In this document: positions 38,441-48,757 of the stretch, piece by piece | How the letters are laid out: the number at the start of each line of letters is the position of its first letter | Numbering within the stretch: position 1 is the first letter of the stretch | NCBI GenBank assembly: GCA_013374835.1 | Contig: CP055307.1 | Coordinates: 146,622 to 210,621 of the forward strand | From: Candidatus Woesebacteria bacterium | Lineage (GTDB): Bacteria > Patescibacteriota > Microgenomatia > UBA8517 | Length of the DNA: 64,000 nucleotides | Direction: 5' to 3' | The notes under the pieces: model-generated | The model's database searches: none | What the model was told of the DNA's origin: nothing | Seen by the model: the letters and a program-made list of their open reading frames with translations, nothing else | Program-made: the position numbers and the translations under genes

Positions 38441-39559
38441 ATGAAAGTTGCTCTTGTCCACGATTATCTTAATGAATTCGGGGGGGCAGAGCGTGTTTTG
38501 CTGGCAATAAGCGAAATTTATCCCAATGCCCCCATCTATACAATTTACGCCAAAAAGGATTCACCGGCCGTTAAGCAAATGGGTAATGTAACCATCAAAG
38601 AGTCTTGGTTTTCTTATCTTCCTTTTGCTCATAAAATTATCTCCCCTCTTCGCTTTTTAATACCTCTTATTTGGTCTTCGTTTAATTTCAAATCCTATGA
38701 TTTGGTTATAACCTCCGCCTCCTGGGCCGTCACCAAGGGCATGCGTGGCGCCAAGAGAGAAATCTGTTATCTTCATTCTCCTCCTCGTTATCTTTATGGT
38801 TACGACACCTCTAGAAATTGGCAGGGCAAATGGTTCAGTGGAGCAATCAAGGCCTACGCTCTTGTCGTTAATCACTTCATGCGTATATACGACTTTAAAC
38901 AGGCGCAAAAAGTTTCTTACTTTATCGCCAATTCACAAAACGTTGCCAAACGAATTGAAAAATTCTACCGCCGTACTGATTACAAAGTAATTTACCCCCC
39001 AGTAGATGTTAGTAAATTTAAACATAAGCCAATTATAAGTCATAAGTCAGATTACTATCTAACTGGAGGTCGCATGACTGCTGCTAAAAATTTTGATTTA
39101 ATTATCAAAGCTTGTAAAAAGATCCGTGTTAATCTTAAAATCTTCGGCACTGGAGTAGAGGAGAAAAATCTTAAGAAGCTTTCAAAAAAACACCCACCCG
39201 CCGATAGTAAGGTTGAATTTTTAGGAAATATTTCGGATTCTGATTTAATTAATTACTATAAAAACGCACGTGCATTTATCGTCGCGCAAAAAGACGAAGA
39301 TTTTGGCATCACCCCCATAGAAGCCGCCGCCGCTTGTTGCCCGACTATTGCTTATCGTGGCGGTGGGTATCTTGAATCCGTAATCGAAAACAAAACGGGT
39401 ATTTTCTTCGATGAACTGACTGTAGACTCCTTAGTTAAAGCAATTGAACGATTAAACAGGACAACAATCAAACCGTCAGTTCTTGTTAGCCATGCCCGAA
39501 AATTTAGTAAAGAAAGATTTCAAAAAGAATTCATTAAATTTATTAATTCAAATGCCTGA
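38441..39559 (+). CDS. Glycosyltransferase family 4
   Basis: HDYLNEFGGAERV, EDFGITPIEA. Confidence 0.92.
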   Translation: MKVALVHDYLNEFGGAERVLLAISEIYPNAPIYTIYAKKDSPAVKQMGNVTIKESWFSYLPFAHKIISPLRFLIPLIWSSFNFKSYDLVITSASWAVTKGMRGAKREICYLHSPPRYLYGYDTSRNWQGKWFSGAIKAYALVVNHFMRIYDFKQAQKVSYFIANSQNVAKRIEKFYRRTDYKVIYPPVDVSKFKHKPIISHKSDYYLTGGRMTAAKNFDLIIKACKKIRVNLKIFGTGVEEKNLKKLSKKHPPADSKVEFLGNISDSDLINYYKNARAFIVAQKDEDFGITPIEAAAACCPTIAYRGGGYLESVIENKTGIFFDELTVDSLVKAIERLNRTTIKPSVLVSHARKFSKERFQKEFIKFINSNA

Positions 39560-40400
39560 GCTACCTGAAGTAGAAAATATAAGAATTGGCCTTGAAAAAT
39601 ATCTAGAAGGCCATAGTATCAAAAGAATTAAGGTTCTAAATCGCCGCATATTTCAAGGAGATGAAAAAAAATTAATAGATACAAAATTTGAATCAGCCGA
39701 GAGATTTGGAAAAATGATAGCGATTAATTTTAATAACGGCTTTTCACTTCTGACTCACGTCAAACTCACAGGACAGTTTATCTATCGTGGTCCAAACCTT
39801 CCCAAACCGCCGAAACTTTCCAGAAAAGTGGTTGGGGGTCTTGGGGGAAAGCATACTCACGTTATTTTTCATCTAAGCCAAGGCGGTGTGCTGTACTACA
39901 ATGATATAAGAAAATTTGGCTGGATTAAGTTAGTTGAGACTAAAAAGATAAAAAACGAATCAGTTTCAAAATTAGGTCCTGAGCCTTTAAAGGATCTTAC
40001 ACTTAATCTTTTTACTAAAATCATTTCTTCTTCAAAGCGACCTGTAAAAGCGGTTCTTATGGATCAATCAAAAATAAGCGGTGTAGGTAATATCTATGCA
40101 AATGATGCTCTTTGGCTTTCACAAATAGTGCCAACTCGTCCATCTCAAAGTCTTTCAGGAGAAGAGATAAAAACTCTTTACAAGGCAATTAAAAAAGTTT
40201 TAAGAAAAGGATTAAAGCAGGGTGGAGCAAGCGAGCTGGCATTTGTCACACCTGATGGAGCAGAGGGAAAGTACCAAGATCATACCTTGGTTTATGGTCG
40301 GGAAGGCGAGCTTTGCATTAGATGCAAAAAGGCTAAAATAAAAAAAATATTTCTCTCAGGTCGCGGTACATACTTTTGTCCAAATTGTCAACATGATTGA
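39552..40400 (+). CDS. mutM: Formamidopyrimidine-DNA glycosylase (Fpg)
   Basis: MPELPEVE, LGPEP, GVGNIYA, C-terminal zinc finger C..C...R.TYFCPNCQ. Confidence 0.96.
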   Translation: MPELPEVENIRIGLEKYLEGHSIKRIKVLNRRIFQGDEKKLIDTKFESAERFGKMIAINFNNGFSLLTHVKLTGQFIYRGPNLPKPPKLSRKVVGGLGGKHTHVIFHLSQGGVLYYNDIRKFGWIKLVETKKIKNESVSKLGPEPLKDLTLNLFTKIISSSKRPVKAVLMDQSKISGVGNIYANDALWLSQIVPTRPSQSLSGEEIKTLYKAIKKVLRKGLKQGGASELAFVTPDGAEGKYQDHTLVYGREGELCIRCKKAKIKKIFLSGRGTYFCPNCQHD

Positions 40401-41457
40401 GCAAATAACCCTTACCGATTTTAGGAATTTTAAAAAAAAAGCTTTTAGCTTTTCTCCTCAAATAACTGTATTAATAGGACCAAACGCAGCAGGTAAAACA
40501 AACATTCTCGAGTCAATTTATCTTCTTTCAACTGGGAAATCCTTCAGAGCAAAAGTAGAAGAAGAAATGATAAATTACGAAAAAGAAATTGCACGCGTCA
40601 AAGGTAAAATACTAAAAGACGAAGAAGTTAAAAATATAGAAATAGCGTTAACCAGAGGACAAATCTCTCTTAGCGCTACACGAATCGAAAAAGTAGCGAG
40701 AAAAAGACTGCTAATAGATGGTTCTGGTAAACGTCTTGTCGATTTCGCCGGTCAGTTAAAAGCGGTTTTATTTACTCCTGCCGATCTTGATCTGGTTACC
40801 CAGTCCCCAAGCACAAGGCGCCGTTTTCTTGATTTTGTTATTTCTCAAGTGGACCGAGAATATCGTCGTTCAATCCTTTCATACGAAAAAGGCCTCCGTC
40901 AAAGAAATCGACTTCTCCTAAGAATCCGTGAGCAAGGGATCTCACGCTCCTACCTCCATTTCTGGGACAGACTTCTAATAAAAAACGGAGATTATATAGC
41001 AAAAGCGCGTCAAAATTTTATCGAATTTGTTAATTCAACACCTGATTTTAACGGTCAGGATTTTAGCTTGGAGTACGATAGAAGCGCAATTTCTGAGTCT
41101 CGTCTTAATGAATATAAAGAAGAAGAGGTGGCAGCGGCAACAACCCTTGTAGGTCCACATAGGGACGACTTTTGTATAAAACTCAAAAAAAACGGACAAC
41201 CTAGAGAGCTTGCCAGATTCGGCTCCCGTGGAGAATCAAGAATGGGTGTTCTCTGGCTCAAGCTTGCAGAGCTTGCCTTTATAAAAAAGCAAACAGGAGA
41301 AAAGCCCACTCTTTTGCTTGATGATATATTCTCGGAGCTAGACAGCAAACATAAGGAAATAGTTATAAATTTAGCCCACGCCCAGCAAACAATTATAACA
41401 ACCACAGATCTAAACTTTTCTAAAGAAAAGAGTATTGAAATAGTATTCTTAAAGTAA
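40393..41457 (+). CDS. recF: DNA replication/repair protein RecF
   Basis: FRN, GPNAAGKTN, GPHRDD, GSRGE, LLLDDIFSELD. Confidence 0.95.
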   Translation: MIEQITLTDFRNFKKKAFSFSPQITVLIGPNAAGKTNILESIYLLSTGKSFRAKVEEEMINYEKEIARVKGKILKDEEVKNIEIALTRGQISLSATRIEKVARKRLLIDGSGKRLVDFAGQLKAVLFTPADLDLVTQSPSTRRRFLDFVISQVDREYRRSILSYEKGLRQRNRLLLRIREQGISRSYLHFWDRLLIKNGDYIAKARQNFIEFVNSTPDFNGQDFSLEYDRSAISESRLNEYKEEEVAAATTLVGPHRDDFCIKLKKNGQPRELARFGSRGESRMGVLWLKLAELAFIKKQTGEKPTLLLDDIFSELDSKHKEIVINLAHAQQTIITTTDLNFSKEKSIEIVFLK

Positions 41458-41463
41458 TATACT
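41435..41463 (+). promoter_or_regulatory. Sigma70 promoter, apparently leaderless transcript
   Basis: TTGAAA, 17-nt spacer, TATACT, 6 nt, then ATG 41470. Confidence 0.65.
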
Positions 41464-41469
41464 ATAGGT

Positions 41470-41667
41470 ATGAAAGAAAGATCAAATAAAGAGCAGAACC
41501 CTCTGATTCAGCAACCACTTTTTGAGCTGGATGAAGATGGAAATATTATTGTTCCTTGGGCAGTTGAGACGAGTAGGTCACCTTTTTATACTCCCAAGGA
41601 AATTGAAGATCTTTTTGCACCCGATGATAGTTGTGATATTGATTGGGTAACCAAAAAATGGGGATAA
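41470..41667 (+). CDS. Small acidic hypothetical protein
   Basis: 65-aa ORF with its own consensus promoter. Confidence 0.55.
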   Translation: MKERSNKEQNPLIQQPLFELDEDGNIIVPWAVETSRSPFYTPKEIEDLFAPDDSCDIDWVTKKWG

Positions 41668-41671
41668 TTTT

Positions 41672-41938
41672 TTAATCTTTTTTTACAAATTTTGTCAAAT
41701 TATAAGTTACTAGTACAGCGAGCGCGGTAACAATAACAGCATAAATAAATAAAGATATGATCCCCGACGATTTGCCGGCAATGGGCTCAATATAAGCTCT
41801 TACAAGCTCTTTTATCAGTTCATTCCAAGAAAGAGCTGCCACAAGTCCAAAAGCGTTTGTAGAAAGCCTGAGCATTTCGTTAAGCATCTCCTGCCTGATA
41901 TTTTTTGCCTTTATATCACCCCTTTTGATCTTTGCCAT
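41672..41938 (-). CDS. Small membrane protein (DUF5654-like)
   Basis: AFGLVAALSWNE.I...YAVIVT pattern, two TM helices. Confidence 0.75.
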   Translation of the reverse strand: MAKIKRGDIKAKNIRQEMLNEMLRLSTNAFGLVAALSWNELIKELVRAYIEPIAGKSSGIISLFIYAVIVTALAVLVTYNLTKFVKKD

Positions 41939-41952
41939 ATATTTATTATAGC

Positions 41953-42336
41953 TTAAATTTTATCGTCTGAACTAAAAACATAGATAGACTCAACGTATAA
42001 AAGATTAAGCCCACTGTCGTATTTGACTTTTACATTCTCAAATTTGCCCTTGTGTTTATTGGCCAGCAGGTTGCAGTATATTAAAAATTCGGCTAAAGCA
42101 TCCGAATCATCGCTTATCCCTCTTATTGATATGTAATATTTAAAAGCCGATTGAACATCGCATCTGTATGCCTCCCAAAAGTTTTTGCGAAAGTTTTCCA
42201 TCCCTTGAATTGTAAGATTAACAAAAGAAAAAGAAATAGCAGGGTATCTAGGCAAACCATCCATGATCTCTCCCAAAAAACGCTCAGAATTAACTTCATG
42301 TGGCGGGTTTGATATTAATAGATCGAACTCTCTCAT
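41953..42336 (-). CDS. Hypothetical protein
   Basis: ORF fills the intergenic gap; start moved to ATG 42336 to avoid overlap with the divergent gene. Confidence 0.45.
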   Translation of the reverse strand: MREFDLLISNPPHEVNSERFLGEIMDGLPRYPAISFSFVNLTIQGMENFRKNFWEAYRCDVQSAFKYYISIRGISDDSDALAEFLIYCNLLANKHKGKFENVKVKYDSGLNLLYVESIYVFSSDDKI

Positions 42337-42364
42337 TATTAATTTTTCCGATATAATATTATAT

Positions 42365-43243
42365 ATGTCTATGGAAGACTTTGACCCAAACTTGCTTAAA
42401 GAATTATACCACCCCAGCAAAAATTCAAGCGGAGAAGATAACGGTCAGATAGTAATTATAGGGGGGTCAAAGCTCTTCCACGGTGCACCCATTCTTTCTC
42501 TGAAAGCTGCCTCAAGAGTAGTCGATATGGTCTTTTTTGCCTCACCGGAAAAGAGTATAGAAAAAATTGCCGCGCGAATAAAATCCGAATTATCTTCATT
42601 TATTTGGATTCCTTGGGAAGAAGTGGAATTATACATAAAAAAATCAGACGTAGCGCTCATAGGCCCGGGGTTTATGCGCTATTCAGCTGAGAAAAATAAG
42701 TACCATGTCAAAAACGGGAATTGCGACGAAGCCTGCGTTTTAACAAGAGATATTACAAAGAGCCTTCTTTCAAAATTCTCAAACAAACGCTGGGTGATAG
42801 ATGCGGGCTCGCTACAATCAATGGAGGCAGAGTGGATCCCGCCCAACTCAATTATCACCCCAAACCGTAAAGAATTCGAAATGCTCTTTAAAGAAAATTT
42901 GGATTCCGATTATAAAGCATTGGTTACTAAATATTCAAGAAAGCACAATTGTACGATAGTTTTAAAAGGTCCAGAGACAATCGTCGCCTCTTCAGAAAAA
43001 GCCGTTATAGTAAAAGGGGGGAACGCAGGTCTTACAAAAGGAGGCACAGGAGATGTTCAAGCAGGTTTGACAGCAGCTTTTTATGCTAAAAACGACGCTT
43101 TTTTGTCAGCTGCGGCAGCATCCTATCTAGTTAAAAAAGCAGCCGAAAGCTTGTTCAAAAAAGTAGGGTTTCATTATAACGCCGACGACCTCGCCAATAG
43201 GATCCCGAAAGAATATAATAATATTCTTAAAATTACCGCATAA
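42365..43243 (+). CDS. nnrD: ADP/ATP-dependent NAD(P)H-hydrate dehydratase (YjeF C-terminal)
   Basis: IIGGS..FHGAP, IGPG, VIDA, ITPN..EF, VLKG, GGTGDV.AG. Confidence 0.88.
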   Translation: MSMEDFDPNLLKELYHPSKNSSGEDNGQIVIIGGSKLFHGAPILSLKAASRVVDMVFFASPEKSIEKIAARIKSELSSFIWIPWEEVELYIKKSDVALIGPGFMRYSAEKNKYHVKNGNCDEACVLTRDITKSLLSKFSNKRWVIDAGSLQSMEAEWIPPNSIITPNRKEFEMLFKENLDSDYKALVTKYSRKHNCTIVLKGPETIVASSEKAVIVKGGNAGLTKGGTGDVQAGLTAAFYAKNDAFLSAAAASYLVKKAAESLFKKVGFHYNADDLANRIPKEYNNILKITA

Positions 43244-43288
43244 TTTGCAGAAATTTGTGATATACTTAATTGTTATTATCCTTTCGGT

Positions 43289-44356
43289 ATGTACGAGCCT
43301 AGATATACTATTACAAATAAAATTCTAAAAGGAATAGGACAAATCGAAGCTGCAAAAGAAATAATTGAAGAAGCACCTTTAGTACCTGATTTTGAAAGAG
43401 AATTTAGGGGAGACGCAATAATTCGCCAGATTTACCATGGCACACACATAGAAGGAAACGATTTAACACTCACCCAAACCAAACAAATCCTCGAAGGAGA
43501 AGAAATCTATGCTAGAGATAGAGATATCCAAGAAGTTATAAATTACAGAAACGTTGTTAAGTTAATAGATATTCTAAGCCAAAAAAGAGGTGGGTACGAT
43601 TTAGATATGCTCCTTGAAATACACAAAGAAACAGTAAACAAAATCGTACCTGAAGAAAAATCCGGGCGTCTTAGAAACACACAGGTAATCATCCGCGAAG
43701 AAGGAACAGGTCGTGTAATTCTAAAACCTCCTCCTCCTCACGAAGTGCCGTATCTGCTTCGTGACTTTTTCGATTGGCTCAATTCGGATCCTGCACGGGA
43801 TATCCATACAATTTTAAGAGCGGGGATAGTCCATTACGTATTAGTAGCTATTCACCCTTTTGTTGAAGGTAACGGGCGCACAGCTCGCGCTTATGCAAAC
43901 CTTGTCATGTTAAAAGAAGGCTACGATATTAAAAAATTTTTTGCAATAGAAGAGCATTTTGATAGGGATCTTGCCGGTTATTATCACTCCTTTTTTGAGG
44001 TGGATAAACAGTCCCCCGATATATCTCAAAGGGAGCTAACCCCTTGGCTTGAATATTTTACCGAAGTCGTTGCCGTTGAGTTGACAAAAATAAAAGACAA
44101 GGTAAAAAGCTTATCAATTGATTCACGGCTTCGTCTTAAAATAGGCGAGCAGGTAGCGCTTTCGGCAAGGCAGGTTAAATTAATAGAATATCTGTCGGAG
44201 CACGGAGCTGCCGTAATGAAAGACCTTTCAAAAGTTTTGCCTATGGTATCGGAAGATACTATATTGCGGGATCTTAAAGATTTACAAGATAAGAATATAA
44301 TTGAAAAAGAAGGGAGCACAAAAGCAAGTAGATATGTAATCAAAACCAAAAGTTAA
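43289..44356 (+). CDS. Fic family AMP-transferase with C-terminal winged HTH
   Basis: HPFVEGNGRTAR, N-terminal GTHIEGN inhibitory-helix-like motif, VSEDTILRDL HTH. Confidence 0.93.
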   Translation: MYEPRYTITNKILKGIGQIEAAKEIIEEAPLVPDFEREFRGDAIIRQIYHGTHIEGNDLTLTQTKQILEGEEIYARDRDIQEVINYRNVVKLIDILSQKRGGYDLDMLLEIHKETVNKIVPEEKSGRLRNTQVIIREEGTGRVILKPPPPHEVPYLLRDFFDWLNSDPARDIHTILRAGIVHYVLVAIHPFVEGNGRTARAYANLVMLKEGYDIKKFFAIEEHFDRDLAGYYHSFFEVDKQSPDISQRELTPWLEYFTEVVAVELTKIKDKVKSLSIDSRLRLKIGEQVALSARQVKLIEYLSEHGAAVMKDLSKVLPMVSEDTILRDLKDLQDKNIIEKEGSTKASRYVIKTKS

Positions 44357-44365
44357 AATGAAATA

Positions 44366-44566
44366 ATGTTACCAACAGATCCACAATTTTTATATATGGT
44401 ATTAATTCTGCCAAGCCTTTTTGGTCTGACTTTGGTTGGAGAGGGTCTAAATAAAATTGTCCACCACGAGTGGCATGGGTTAATAAGTTTATTTTTTGGA
44501 ATAGCATTTATAGGAGTTGTAATCTTTGCATATTTTTTCTTTTCCTCCTTCGTCTCAAATGTATAA
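44366..44566 (+). CDS. Small two-TM membrane protein
   Basis: 66 aa with two hydrophobic segments. Confidence 0.65.
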   Translation: MLPTDPQFLYMVLILPSLFGLTLVGEGLNKIVHHEWHGLISLFFGIAFIGVVIFAYFFFSSFVSNV

Positions 44567-44579
44567 AGAAAATTAATCC

Positions 44580-46295
44580 ATGAAATTTTCAAAATTGGCA
44601 ATCTATTTAGAAAATCTTGAAAAAACCGCCTCGAGAATTAAAATAACCAAAATTTTAGCAGAGCTTTTCAAAAATTCGGATAAAGAGGAAATCGACAAAA
44701 TCGTCAATTTAATTTTAGGCCGGCTAGCCCCAAGCTACGAAAATATAGTCTTTAACTTTGCAGATCGTTTAATGCTGCATTCAATATCAAAAGCTTATAA
44801 CCTGGATATCCGCAAAGTGCGCACTCTTTATAAACAAAAAGGCGACTTAGGTGACGTAGTAGAAACACTCGCCTCAAAAGATATAAAAGGAACCATAAAC
44901 GTAGCTCGGGTTTACAAAGAGCTTGTTATAATCGCAAAAGAGCAAGGCGAAGGAAGCCAAGAAAGAAAAATAGAAGAAACTGCTGATTTATTAAAAAAAC
45001 TGGATCCCAAAAGCGCTAAATATACGGCAAGAATAATCTTGGGTAAACTAAGGCTTGGATTTTCGGATAAAACAGTTCTCGACGCACTCTCTTGGATGCT
45101 TAAAAACGACAAATCAATTAAAAAAGATCTCGAAAAACTCTATTACATCACGCCAGATGTAGCGCATCTTGCAAAAAGCATAAAAACTCAAGGTCTCCAA
45201 AAAACGCTTATAAATACAACGGCAAGGGTGGGAATTCCAATTCTCCCCATGCTCGCTCAGCGCCTTAAATCTCCAGAAGAAATGATTGAAAAAATGGGTA
45301 GAGTAGCAGTGGAGCCGAAATTCGACGGCCTTCGCATTCAAATTCATTTTCAAAATAATCCGAGAATAGTCAAAGCCTTTACTCGTAACTTAAACGAGGT
45401 CTCATGGATGTTTCCTGAACTGGAAAAAATAAAGGATTTCGTTAGCACCAAAAGCGCTGTCCTTGATACAGAAGCAATAGGAGTGAGCGAAGACAGGAAA
45501 AAGCTCGCTAATTTCCAGACAACAATGACAAGAAGGAGAAAGCACGAAATAAATAAATTTATGAACAAAGTACCCATCAGATTTTATGTTTTTGATATTT
45601 TGGTTAAAAACGATAAAAGCCTTCTTGATCTGCCTTATATCAAAAGGCGGGAAGCATTAAATGCCGTAGTATCAAAGCAAGGCCTTCTGGTAATTGACGA
45701 TTTTGTTCTAACGTCAAACCCAAATGATATCCGAAAAGAAATGAAAAAAAGTCTGAATCTCGGACTCGAAGGCATAATAGTCAAAAAAGCCGACAGCTTT
45801 TATATACCCGGGCGTACAGGTTGGCGCTGGGTGAAAATGAAAGAAAAAGAAGACTCACGCGCCAAGTTGGCAGATACCGTCGATTGCGTGATTATGGGTT
45901 ATTCACTTGGAAAAGGGAAAAGAGCAAGTTTTGGCATAGGACAATTTTTGGTTGGTATTCAGGATAAAGATCAAATTAAAACAATCACAAAAGTTGGCAC
46001 TGGCATAACAGATGAAAAATTTTATTATCTTAAGAAATTGTTAAAGTCCTTGAAAACAAAAAATAAACCTAAAAGTTATCTACTAAATGATAAAAATCTT
46101 ATGCCGGACTATTGGGTTGAACCGAAAATTTTGGTGGAGATTGCGGCCGATGAGATTACAGTTAGCCCCACCCACTCATCCGGCTTTGCCTTAAGGTTTC
46201 CCCGTATGGTTAAAATAAGAGACGACAAGCCGCTCGAAGAAGCAACAACCATTAAAGAAATAAAAGAGCTTTATAAAATGCAAAACAAAAGATAA
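44580..46295 (+). CDS. ATP-dependent DNA ligase (DNA-binding, adenylation and OB domains)
   Basis: EPKFDGLR, FDIL, EGIIVK, WVKMK, LRFPR...IR.DK. Confidence 0.95.
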   Translation: MKFSKLAIYLENLEKTASRIKITKILAELFKNSDKEEIDKIVNLILGRLAPSYENIVFNFADRLMLHSISKAYNLDIRKVRTLYKQKGDLGDVVETLASKDIKGTINVARVYKELVIIAKEQGEGSQERKIEETADLLKKLDPKSAKYTARIILGKLRLGFSDKTVLDALSWMLKNDKSIKKDLEKLYYITPDVAHLAKSIKTQGLQKTLINTTARVGIPILPMLAQRLKSPEEMIEKMGRVAVEPKFDGLRIQIHFQNNPRIVKAFTRNLNEVSWMFPELEKIKDFVSTKSAVLDTEAIGVSEDRKKLANFQTTMTRRRKHEINKFMNKVPIRFYVFDILVKNDKSLLDLPYIKRREALNAVVSKQGLLVIDDFVLTSNPNDIRKEMKKSLNLGLEGIIVKKADSFYIPGRTGWRWVKMKEKEDSRAKLADTVDCVIMGYSLGKGKRASFGIGQFLVGIQDKDQIKTITKVGTGITDEKFYYLKKLLKSLKTKNKPKSYLLNDKNLMPDYWVEPKILVEIAADEITVSPTHSSGFALRFPRMVKIRDDKPLEEATTIKEIKELYKMQNKR

Positions 46296-46318
46296 TTTTT
46301 CTTGTATTAATAAAATTA

Positions 46319-48757
46319 ATGAGAAAAGATAAGGCAGGATTAAGTGAAAAAGAAGCAAAAAAAAGACTTCAAATATATGGGTCAAACGTTCTACCCGAAA
46401 AACCCCCGCCTAGTGCAATAATCGTATTTCTTTCACAGCTTAAAAACCCATTGGTTTATATTCTCCTCGCCGCAAGCTTGATCACCTTTTTCTTGAGAGA
46501 ATTGGCCGATACCTTTATCATTCTTGTTGCCGTATTTATAAATACGATTTTGGGCTTTGTGCAAGAAGAAAGAGCAAACAAAGCTCTCTATTCCCTTAAA
46601 AAATTAATAGAGCCTCATGCAAAAGTAATCCGCAGCAAAATGCTAAAAGAGCTACCTGTTGAAATGATTGTTCCCGGCGACTTGGTCATCCTCGAACAAG
46701 GAATGAAAATTCCCGCCGACGGAAGACTGATCAATGCAAACAGATTTTTTGTATCGGAAGCGGTTCTTACAGGCGAGTCTGTCCCTGTTCAAAAATCGGC
46801 AGGTAAAGATGTGTTTATGGGCACAATAGTTACATCAGGTAGAGGAGAAATGATAGTTGAAAAAACAGGCAGAAACACCGAGATTGGCAAAATTGCCCTT
46901 GATATTCAAAAGGAAAAAGAAGATACGCCCCTAAAAAAACAGCTCTCGATTTTCAGCCGTCAACTAACAATTCTGGTTGTTATCCTTATATCCTTCGTTT
47001 TCTTAATAGGGGTCTTAAGGGATAAAGAGATAAGTGAACTCTTTACTACCTCCGTAGCACTTGCAGTTTCTGCAATTCCCGAGGGGCTTCTTGTGGGTCT
47101 GACTGTAGTGCTGGCGATTGGAATGCAAAGAATATTAAAAAAGAAAGGTCTAGTTAGAAATTTGGTTTCTGCCGAAACCTTGGGTGGGGTAACAACCATT
47201 TGTGTGGACAAAACAGGCACTCTTACAAAAGGCAAAATGCAGGTCGTAGAAGTTTATGGAGATGAAGAAGGCTTAAAAAAACAAGCAATTCTAGCCAACG
47301 ATTTAGACGATCCCTTGGTTATAGCAGCCTGGGAATGGGCAGTAAAAAAACAAAAAGCTTCACCGGGCAAACTAAGAAAGTTGTACCCGAGAATTGACAG
47401 CATACCATTTTCATCCAAAAGCAGATTTTTTGCAAGTCTTAACAAAGATCAAAAAACATCAACCCTTTTTGTCAACGGTGCTCCGGAGTATCTGCTCTCC
47501 TGGTCAAAAATAAGCTCTCAAAAAAAAGAAAAAACAGAAGAAAAAATAAAAAAACTTACACAATCAGGCTATCGCGTCATAGGTTTTGCAAGAAGAACAA
47601 ACCTAAACTTTAAAAGCATATCTGAAAACGATGTCAAAAAAGATCTTGAATTTATAGGACTATTGGCCTTTTCGGATCCCGTGCGTCCGCAAGTAGAAAA
47701 AGCGCTCGAAAAGACACAAAAAGCAGGCATAAAAGTGCTAGTCATAACAGGTGATTATCCAGAAACGGCAATGTCAGTAATGAAAAGAATCGGACTTGAT
47801 GTTGATATTCAAACAACAATCACAGGTTCAAAGCTTGCCAATATTTCACCTAGAGAACTACAAAAAAAGTTGAAAAATAACGAAGTAAAACTTTTTGCAA
47901 GAACAACGCCGGATCAAAAATTAAAAATCGTAGAAGCTCTCAAAAATAACGGCGAAGTAGTAGCCGTGATGGGGGACGGGGTGAACGATGCACCTGCACT
48001 TAATGAATCCGATATAGGAATTGTGGTGGGTAACGCCACAGATGTGGCTAAAGAAACAGCAGATTTAGTGCTCCTCGACAGCAATTTTGCAACAATAGTA
48101 GAAGCCATTGAAGAGGGGAGAGGTATCTTCGATAACATAAGAAAAATAATTCTTTATTTAATGAGCGATGCGTTTGAGGAAATAATAGCAGTGATAGCAG
48201 CAATTATTTTTGCTCTCTCTCTTCCTGTAACAGCGGTACAAATACTTTGGATAAATCTGGTTTCAGACGGCTTACCAAACCTCGCTCTTACAATAGATCC
48301 TAAGTCGCCCGGGATAATGAATCGTCCACCAAGGTCTCCGCAAGAAAACGTCGTCTCGGCCTGGATGAGAGAGCTTATAGTAATAGTTTCTTTGGCAGGC
48401 GGACTAGTAGCTTTTTTGCTCTTTTATATAACCATAATAAAAACAAACAATATTGCACTTGCAAGATCTATTGCTTTTGCCACCCTTGGAGTCAATTCGC
48501 TTGTTTATGTATATTCGGTTAGAACCCTTAGAAATCCATTTTGGAAAGAAAATGCCTTTAGTAACAAATGGCTTAATATATCAGTAATAGCAGGGTTAAT
48601 ACTCCAATTTATTCCATTTTCAACGCAATCACTAAGGCACTTTTTCGAACTTGAGCAGCTGTCCCCTCTGCATCTTGCTTTAATTTTCTCAAGCTCTTTA
48701 TTTATGTTTATTATTATAGAATTAGGAAAAATTTACTTTAGGTTCAAAAAAATATGA
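46319..48757 (+). CDS. P-type cation-translocating ATPase (P2A, Ca2+-like)
   Basis: TGES, IPEGL, DKTGTLT, TGD, GDGVNDAPAL, QILWINLVSDG. Confidence 0.95.
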   Translation: MRKDKAGLSEKEAKKRLQIYGSNVLPEKPPPSAIIVFLSQLKNPLVYILLAASLITFFLRELADTFIILVAVFINTILGFVQEERANKALYSLKKLIEPHAKVIRSKMLKELPVEMIVPGDLVILEQGMKIPADGRLINANRFFVSEAVLTGESVPVQKSAGKDVFMGTIVTSGRGEMIVEKTGRNTEIGKIALDIQKEKEDTPLKKQLSIFSRQLTILVVILISFVFLIGVLRDKEISELFTTSVALAVSAIPEGLLVGLTVVLAIGMQRILKKKGLVRNLVSAETLGGVTTICVDKTGTLTKGKMQVVEVYGDEEGLKKQAILANDLDDPLVIAAWEWAVKKQKASPGKLRKLYPRIDSIPFSSKSRFFASLNKDQKTSTLFVNGAPEYLLSWSKISSQKKEKTEEKIKKLTQSGYRVIGFARRTNLNFKSISENDVKKDLEFIGLLAFSDPVRPQVEKALEKTQKAGIKVLVITGDYPETAMSVMKRIGLDVDIQTTITGSKLANISPRELQKKLKNNEVKLFARTTPDQKLKIVEALKNNGEVVAVMGDGVNDAPALNESDIGIVVGNATDVAKETADLVLLDSNFATIVEAIEEGRGIFDNIRKIILYLMSDAFEEIIAVIAAIIFALSLPVTAVQILWINLVSDGLPNLALTIDPKSPGIMNRPPRSPQENVVSAWMRELIVIVSLAGGLVAFLLFYITIIKTNNIALARSIAFATLGVNSLVYVYSVRTLRNPFWKENAFSNKWLNISVIAGLILQFIPFSTQSLRHFFELEQLSPLHLALIFSSSLFMFIIIELGKIYFRFKKI

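Noticed and set aside
39441-39472. Possible period-8 repeat CAATTGAA CGATTAAA CAGGACAA CAATCAAA
   Set aside because: Too degenerate to distinguish from chance by eye
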